Source: an uncultured Planctomycetales bacterium
GTDB taxonomy: Bacteria; Omnitrophota; Gorgyraeia; Zapsychrales; JAHFFX01
Assembly (NCBI GenBank): GCA_964612665.1
Contig: CAZTCI010000001.1
Location: forward strand, 316,896-380,895
Length of the DNA stretch: 64,000 bases
Direction of reading: 5' to 3'
The position numbers and the translations under genes were made by a program. The notes beneath the pieces were generated by a model. That model saw nothing but the letters and a program-made list of their open reading frames with translations. It did not search any database and was not told the DNA's origin. Of the stretch, positions 58,392 to 64,000 are shown piece by piece (the first letter of the stretch is position 1; the number at the start of each line of letters is the position of its first letter).

Positions 58392-58503
58392 TTCGGCAAG
58401 AGGATGTCAGCGAACTTCGATCCAACCTCCGCCTACCTTCCTTCCTGAAAAGGCGGAGATTGGATCGCGTGAGCGGACAGCCTCTTGCCGAAATGCCCTG
58501 GCT
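58386..58503 (-). promoter_or_regulatory. nested long hairpin in the miaA leader that sequesters the start codon
   Basis: 18-bp perfect outer stem gggcatttcggcaagagg / cctcttgccgaaatgccc. The left arm contains the miaA ATG. An inner 15-bp stem gatccaacctccgcc / ggcggagattggatc (14 of 15) has a loop carrying the purine-rich run ggaaggaagg on the RNA strand. Confidence 0.4.
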
Positions 58504-58506
58504 ATT

Positions 58507-59265
58507 TTACGGATACACTTGGGTAGGATAACCTGATTGGGCCAAACGCTGGCGTAGCGATTCGGCTTCTTTTAATGTAGAAAGCTGTCCGACGCGGACA
58601 CGATAAAACTGCTTGCCCGTATAATCTACCGTCTCGATAATATAAACGTAATCATTCGTTTGTTTTAATTCATCTTTTAATTTTAAAGCACGGGCCTGGT
58701 CAAGAAAAGCTCCGACCTGGACGGTAAAATAACGTTTCTCCTCTAACAGCTGTTTCGCCAGATGACTTTCCAAACTGTTGGGAAATTCTCGGACAATTTT
58801 CTGTAAATAAACCTCCGCCTTATGCCAATTGGCCAACTTCAGGTTAGCCCGACCGATTTTTAAATAAATCAGACTCAAAAATTCCGAATGAGGCGAATTT
58901 TTCAAAAGCTTTTCGCTTTCCGTCAAGGCCAGAACATAACGGCCGTCCAACAAAAATGAATCAATGATCCCGAGGCACGCTTTATCTTTCCATTTTGCGT
59001 CTTCAGTTCTTTTTAAAAGCCGGGTAAATGTCTGGCGGGCTTTTTCGTACACTCCTAAATTCAGCTGGCTCAAACCCAGATAGTAAATCCCTTGGTAAGC
59101 CTGTTCGCCGTCGGGGGCGTGAATCACAAAATCTTCGGCAAGACTCTGAGACTTTTCAAAATCCTTCTGCAAAATCGCCGTCTCAATATCAGCCAAGACC
59201 GGTTCAGCGGCCGCTGGTTGAGCCAAAAAAATTAAAATAATAAAAATCCAAAAGTAATATTTCAT
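58507..59265 (-). CDS. TPR plus C-terminal SPOR-domain protein (peptidoglycan-binding, divisome-associated type)
   Basis: Signal peptide and TPR units, followed by a C-terminal SPOR-like domain (YFTVQVGAFLDQARALKLKDEL...YRVRVGQLSTLKEAESLRQRL). Confidence 0.65.
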   Translation of the reverse strand: MKYYFWIFIILIFLAQPAAAEPVLADIETAILQKDFEKSQSLAEDFVIHAPDGEQAYQGIYYLGLSQLNLGVYEKARQTFTRLLKRTEDAKWKDKACLGIIDSFLLDGRYVLALTESEKLLKNSPHSEFLSLIYLKIGRANLKLANWHKAEVYLQKIVREFPNSLESHLAKQLLEEKRYFTVQVGAFLDQARALKLKDELKQTNDYVYIIETVDYTGKQFYRVRVGQLSTLKEAESLRQRLAQSGYPTQVYP

Positions 59266-59269
59266 AAAG

Positions 59270-59554
59270 TTATGCTAATGAAGCACGGTGAGTCAAAATA
59301 TTCGCCCAGGTCAACATGGATTCAGCCCAATCGGCATTCATCTGAACATTACGGCTCAAAATTTCAAAATCTTTCTTAAACCACTCATAGGTCGGCAAAA
59401 ATCTTGGTGATTTCGGGGCGGCTTCCAAGGCCTTTAGATATTCTTCGGTCTCAGCCAGGAACTGATCGACCCTTGCCCGTCGACCTTCCATCGCCCATCG
59501 GCACAAACGGCCGAGATTAACAGCAATGTTTAAAGTAATCTCTTTGGCGTCCAT
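59270..59554 (-). CDS. hypothetical protein
   Basis: 94 aa alpha-helical protein with no recognised motif. Overlaps the upstream gene by 1 nt. Confidence 0.4.
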   Translation of the reverse strand: MDAKEITLNIAVNLGRLCRWAMEGRRARVDQFLAETEEYLKALEAAPKSPRFLPTYEWFKKDFEILSRNVQMNADWAESMLTWANILTHRASLA

Positions 59555-59555
59555 G

Positions 59556-59885
59556 TTACTCCTTTAATAAAGATCGGGTTATTGATTCGATCTGCTGCCG
59601 AATTTTTTGATCCAATACTTCCCGGCTTGCATTCTGCCCTGGCCTTAGATTAATCATAGAATCAAAATCCATTTCATCCGTCTGTAAATCCAAACCGGCT
59701 CCCCAAAGATCTTCTTGGCGGCTTCCATCTTTTAGGAGCATCTGTTCTCCATCAACATGTTTCTGACCGCCGGCTGATAGAACTTTTCGATGGATATCGA
59801 CGACAAGTTTAATATAACCTTTCAAATCTTCAGCAACTTTCTTATACGATTCTAAATCAATCTTTGTTCGAATGATTAGTAACAT
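59556..59885 (-). CDS. hypothetical protein
   Basis: 109 aa with no recognised motif. Lies 40 nt downstream of purC. Confidence 0.4.
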   Translation of the reverse strand: MLLIIRTKIDLESYKKVAEDLKGYIKLVVDIHRKVLSAGGQKHVDGEQMLLKDGSRQEDLWGAGLDLQTDEMDFDSMINLRPGQNASREVLDQKIRQQIESITRSLLKE

Positions 59886-59925
59886 GCTAATAATATTTTA
59901 TGTTGAAATAGCTTTGCCTTACAAG

Positions 59926-60816
59926 TTACACGAGCGATTTCCCAGTTAAGAGCTTATAAATCTCCAGATACTTACGGCTTGTTTCTTGAATAATATTCTC
60001 AGGCAGCGCCGGCGCCGGATAGGTTTTGTTCCAATCAAGCGTTTCCAGATAATCACGGACAAATTGTTTATCGAAACTCGGCTGCGGTTTTCCCGGAACA
60101 TAATCTTTTTGCGGCCAGAAACGCGATGAATCCGGCGTCAGAACTTCGTCAATTAGAATCACTCCTCCGTCGAGCAAACCAAATTCAAATTTGGTATCCG
60201 CGATAATAATTCCTTTGCTCTGCGCATAACCGCGGGCTTTTTCATATAACGCGATACTAAAATTTTTAAGACGCGACGTCAGATCTTGGCCAAGCGCATT
60301 AGCCATGACGTCCTGACTGATGTTAATGTCGTGGCCTTCTTCCGCCTTCGTCGCTGGCGTAAAAATAGGTTCAGGCAACGCATCGGATTCCTTAAGTCCG
60401 CTCGGCAATTTCAACCCGCAAACAGATTTCGTTTTTTGATATTCTTTCCAGCCCGAACCGGATAAATAACCGCGCACGACACATTCAAAAGGAATCAGCT
60501 TGGCTTTCCTAGCTAACATGGAACGCTTCGCTAAGAAATCTTTATGTTTTATTAACTCCGTCGGAAAACGATTAATATCCGTTGAGATGCGATGATTAGG
60601 AACTATATCGCGGGTGAATTCAAACCAAAAAGAAGAAAGTTGTGTTAAAACTTCACCCTTATGGGGAATGGTTGTCGGCAGGACAACATCAAAACAGGAA
60701 ATGCGGTCGGTTGAAACAATCAAAAGGGAATCGCCCAGATCAAAAACATCCCGAACTTTACCCTTCTTAAATAATTTTATTCCCTCCAGCTCAACGCTTG
60801 CTATCGTTTTTGTCAT
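59926..60816 (-). CDS. purC: phosphoribosylaminoimidazole-succinocarboxamide synthase (SAICAR synthetase)
   Basis: 296 aa long-form PurC ([28 protein letters not shown]...). Confidence 0.9.
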   Translation of the reverse strand: [296 protein letters not shown]

Positions 60817-60820
60817 GAAA

Positions 60821-62716
60821 TTACCATGTCATGGGAATCAAATTCAAATAATCTTCCAATGTTCCTTTGTATAAACAACATTCAATAATATTTTTTCCCA
60901 ATGGATCCAGATTAGAGGAAAGATATTTTGATAACTCGGTTCTAAAGAATTGATAAAGAATTTTGGCGCCTTCGTCATAACCTTGTTCGCCGACTTCTGG
61001 TTGTTTATTAACCTCAATAAACCATTCGGGAATCCGCGTCCCCTCGATCTGCATGTTGCTTGGGACATAACCCAACAATGGACAGCGCGCGGATACGACC
61101 TGATCTTTTTTGAATTTGGCGACACCTCGACGGGCGATGTATTCACGCGAAATCCATTGCGACATAAATCCGACTTTCCAAATGCCGACATACTGATTTG
61201 GAAAAAGAAGATAGCGCGTTTTGGACGTTTCTAAAATTTGTTTTAAAAGAAGATTGGCGTGATTGACGTAACGGCCAGTTGCGAAAGGCCAATACGATCC
61301 AACGCCTTCACTGGAAAGCGCATCACTTTGCGTAATGCTTGGATTGGAATCGCCTCGAGGCGAAACAAGCCGCCACAGCCAGGCCAGCGCCGGCGGCAAA
61401 ATGTGGATGATACCAAAAATGCCGTACGTCGGATTTTCCATGCTGCACACCGGAGCACGGATACCAAAACTCCGGTAATCAACCTCCGTCGGAGTATCAA
61501 CGATATTCGGCACAAAACGCCGCGGCAAAATGACGCGCGGATTGGGACAAGGTTTACCCGGTTCATCTTCGGTATGTTCCCATATTAAACAGGTGGATTT
61601 AGGAACGCCTTGAATATTTAAAAAGATAATCGGTTCTTTGGCGTGGATGGTCATATTCTCAAGCTGAGGGTCCGTGTTGTAATGCGTAATGTGGTTCAAT
61701 CGAATAAACCAGGCAGATTCGGCGTCGGCGACGACGAGTTTCTTTTCTTCACTGGAAAATTTGGGGTGGGAAATCGCCATGTCGTCGGTCACGGGCCGCA
61801 AGGAACAGCCTTGGGTTAAGGCCATGTGGAATTTGTCGCCGGTTTTGGTGTTGAGTCCTAAAAGCAAACGGCCGTCTTGTTCGCGGTGCGGATATTCGAG
61901 CATTTCGCTTTTCCCGCCGCCGCTGGCACCTTCATGCAGAATCGCGACGATATTTTCATAAGGCGTAATCACTTGAACGGTCGACGCATGTAACGTCAGC
62001 CAGCCTTCCCGTTCACCGACTTGAAGCAAAATCCCGTAGACGCCTTTTTTGGCGCTCGGGCCGGGATAAAGATTGTAAGAAAAAATTTCATGAACGCCAT
62101 CCAAACGGTTATGAACAACCATTTGCCTTCCCTGAAAATGAGTATGGCGGAAAGGCGGCGCGAGGTAAATAATGGCGTGAGGATTAAAATTGGCAGGGAC
62201 ATCAGCGGCTTCAATCATTCCTTGAAGATCCGCCAGACCGCCGGCGAAAAACGCGGCGTTGGCCGGAGCGACCAACAAGGCCGGATATCCGATTTCTTTT
62301 CCGCCGGTCATAAAGGGGAGCACGATCAATTCTTGTTTCTTTAACCATTCAAAAGTTTTGGAGCGAATATCTTCAAACCCGGATTTAAATAATTCTTTAA
62401 ATTTAGGTTTATCGGTTTCCGCTTCATCGCCGATCACCATACAATCTGGATCCCGGCGGCGCATATATTTTTCGGTGTAATTAACGACCAGCCCGTTTTT
62501 GCACTTGGCGACGGTCGCTTCAACTACATAGCCTTTGCCGGGGATATCATAACCGATTTCAACATAATCTTTATTGCCCATCGAGGCAAGATCAAAAAGT
62601 TCTTTACGGTTTTTAGGGAGAATCACGCGCGGGGCACTGCGCAGAATTTCACGGACTTCCTCGGGAATTTTCCATTGTTCCCATTGGCGGCCGGCTTTAA
62701 GTTGTTCAACATTCAT
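60821..62716 (-). CDS. large uncharacterised protein with an HprK/PEPCK-like P-loop (GASGGGKSE)
   Basis: About 630 aa from Met (MNVEQLKAG). A single P-loop LHEGASGGGKSEML resembles the P-loop of HPr kinase/PEP carboxykinase superfamily members. No other recognisable catalytic domain. Ends 4 nt upstream of purC. Confidence 0.6.
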   Translation of the reverse strand: MNVEQLKAGRQWEQWKIPEEVREILRSAPRVILPKNRKELFDLASMGNKDYVEIGYDIPGKGYVVEATVAKCKNGLVVNYTEKYMRRRDPDCMVIGDEAETDKPKFKELFKSGFEDIRSKTFEWLKKQELIVLPFMTGGKEIGYPALLVAPANAAFFAGGLADLQGMIEAADVPANFNPHAIIYLAPPFRHTHFQGRQMVVHNRLDGVHEIFSYNLYPGPSAKKGVYGILLQVGEREGWLTLHASTVQVITPYENIVAILHEGASGGGKSEMLEYPHREQDGRLLLGLNTKTGDKFHMALTQGCSLRPVTDDMAISHPKFSSEEKKLVVADAESAWFIRLNHITHYNTDPQLENMTIHAKEPIIFLNIQGVPKSTCLIWEHTEDEPGKPCPNPRVILPRRFVPNIVDTPTEVDYRSFGIRAPVCSMENPTYGIFGIIHILPPALAWLWRLVSPRGDSNPSITQSDALSSEGVGSYWPFATGRYVNHANLLLKQILETSKTRYLLFPNQYVGIWKVGFMSQWISREYIARRGVAKFKKDQVVSARCPLLGYVPSNMQIEGTRIPEWFIEVNKQPEVGEQGYDEGAKILYQFFRTELSKYLSSNLDPLGKNIIECCLYKGTLEDYLNLIPMTW

Positions 62717-62975
62717 TTCGTTTTCCTTTTTACAAATACTTCGCCACCCACACAATTCTCATGAATCATAAAAAACTAAATCGTGTTTCTACGAAGCAAA
62801 TAAAAATTAAAAGCCAACATCTTTTCTAACTTATTTGGAAAAACAAGTTAGAAACCTCAATGTTGGCTACTTGTCTCCAAAGAAAAGCCGAATCAATATA
62901 CCAAATTCTTATGCGATATACAAAATTTTTTTCAGGGAATCTCGAGGGGCTGACTGGCACGTCAAAAACAAAAAA

Positions 62976-63014
62976 ATCCCCCCCTTTTGTTTGGATCCAA
63001 ACAAAAGGGGGGAT
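62976..63014 (-). terminator. near-perfect palindrome terminator centred on GGATCC
   Basis: atccccccc-ttttgtttgga | tccaaacaaaa-ggggggat forms a 19-bp stem with no loop. On the minus strand it is followed by uuuuuguuuuug, directly after the stop of the secreted repeat-protein gene. Confidence 0.55.
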
Positions 63015-63037
63015 TAATCATCTAAGCCTTTTACAAG

Positions 63038-63406
63038 TTATTTGTCTTTGGCATCTTCATGAAGATTATGACGATCATGTCTCAGATCGCGTTTATCGCC
63101 TTTTTTATCTTTGCGGTCGCGGTGTAAATCTCTGCGATCAGCTCTTCTGACTTTCTTTAATTTGTGAAGTTCTTGTTTATCTTTTTTCGCTTCCTCTTTG
63201 TTGCCGGCCTTGAGATTTTCGCGTATATCTTTTTTCTTTTCTTTAATTTCTTTGGTGTCTTGATGTAATTCTTTTAGATCGCCTTTAACTTCTTTGTTGT
63301 CCTGATGAATTTCTTTCACGTCATTTTTGATATCACCATCTGCGGCATAGACACCTGGCACCGCCAAAAGCAGCATTCCCACAAGAAGCATCCACAATTT
63401 TCTCAT
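63038..63406 (-). CDS. secreted low-complexity lysine/aspartate/histidine-rich repeat protein
   Basis: Signal peptide (MRKLWMLLVGMLLLAVPGVYA) followed by repeats of the type KEIHQDNKEVKGDLKELHQDTKEIK and RRDLHRDRKDKKGDKRDLRHDRHNLHED. Confidence 0.55.
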   Translation of the reverse strand: MRKLWMLLVGMLLLAVPGVYAADGDIKNDVKEIHQDNKEVKGDLKELHQDTKEIKEKKKDIRENLKAGNKEEAKKDKQELHKLKKVRRADRRDLHRDRKDKKGDKRDLRHDRHNLHEDAKDK

Positions 63407-63498
63407 ATCCTTCCTCCTTTAATAAATTTGTAAGCCTGTTTTGTTTTTATTTCTGCTTGCTTGTTGTTTTAAACACCTCCTCTTTAAAAAAGTTCCGG

Positions 63499-64000
63499 TT
63501 ATTTTTCAATATTTTCTGAATCGTTTTTTGATGACTTCTCTTTCTCCGGCAACCGATTCTGCCTCAGACGTTTTTTAATCTGCTCCTTACGTTCCGGCGA
63601 GAGATTCTGCCAGCGGGTTCTTTTAGCTTCCAAATCCTTTTTACGCGCTTCAGGGGCCTGTTCGTACCGACGCAAACGTTCTTTGGCCTTATTCTTCTCT
63701 TCGGGTGTCATATTCTCCCACTTATGAAACCGTTCTTTCATCATCTGCTGCCGCTCGGGAGGTAAATTTTTAAATTTATCCCAATTCTTCTTCAAACGTT
63801 CTTTTTCTTCTGGCGAAAGATCGTTAAACCGCTGATATTTATTCATGACTTCTTTTTTTTTATCAGGGTTCATCTGATTAAAATGGTGCTGGCGCTGCTG
63901 CTTTTGTTCGTCAGGTAAAGTTGGCCGCTTTTCTAAATTTTCTTTTGACGGCTGCTCAACAGAAGGCTCTACAGTATTTTCTCGAATGGGTTGAGCATAA
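63499..64000 (-). CDS. DUF3106-like repeat protein (partial; N-terminus lies beyond the window end)
   Basis: Repeats of the pattern RFxxLSPEEKERLKKNW / RWQNLSPERKEQIKKRL. The reading frame stays open through position 64000. Confidence 0.5.
   Translation of the reverse strand, partial: YAQPIRENTVEPSVEQPSKENLEKRPTLPDEQKQQRQHHFNQMNPDKKKEVMNKYQRFNDLSPEEKERLKKNWDKFKNLPPERQQMMKERFHKWENMTPEEKNKAKERLRRYEQAPEARKKDLEAKRTRWQNLSPERKEQIKKRLRQNRLPEKEKSSKNDSENIEK

Noticed and set aside
1-64000. CRISPR arrays, transposases, integrases, phage genes and restriction-modification systems
   Set aside because: Scanned for direct repeats at regular spacing and for recombinase- or transposase-like ORFs, and none were found. 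The window is a core housekeeping region. The only mobile-element-like signatures are the isolated long palindromes reported as findings.

Overview
This 64 kb window is a housekeeping chromosomal segment from a diderm (LPS-containing) bacterium of roughly 44-45% GC, and almost every gene is on the minus strand. The LPS and outer-membrane assembly genes lpxD, lpxC-fabZ fusion, lpxA, lpxI, bamA, skp, lolCD and mlaE point to a diderm cell envelope. The window also carries the Firmicute-type protein-arginine-kinase module mcsA-mcsB-clpC without an adjacent ctsR. Recognisable clusters include rpsF-ssb-rpsR-rplI-dnaB, pth-rplY-prs-glmU, one tRNA-Gln(UUG), lysS, ilvE, hisG, ispE, a spoVG homolog with a zinc-ribbon tail, clpB, hflX and miaA (with no hfq between them), purC, dinB, rmuC, an ABC-F ATPase and a GH5 hydrolase. 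Nothing canonical of the mobile or defence type is present: there is no CRISPR array, transposase or integrase. The most unusual content is fivefold. First, a PIN-domain gene inactivated by two frameshifts sits upstream of mcsA. Second, several long intergenic palindromic or structured RNA-like elements are present: one encodes a 14-codon uORF upstream of the ABC-F gene, one sequesters the miaA start codon, and one is a GC-rich structured block upstream of a TrmH-family methyltransferase. Third, a 4-gene putative operon joins an uncharacterised ~630 aa protein carrying an HprK/PEPCK-like P-loop to purC and two small unknown proteins. Fourth, small unannotated ORFs include a bS22-like basic peptide and a 51-aa ORF with a strong Shine-Dalgarno. 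Fifth, a set of GC-rich intrinsic-terminator hairpins is scattered across the window. Coordinates of non-ORF features were derived by hand and may be off by 1-2 nt.
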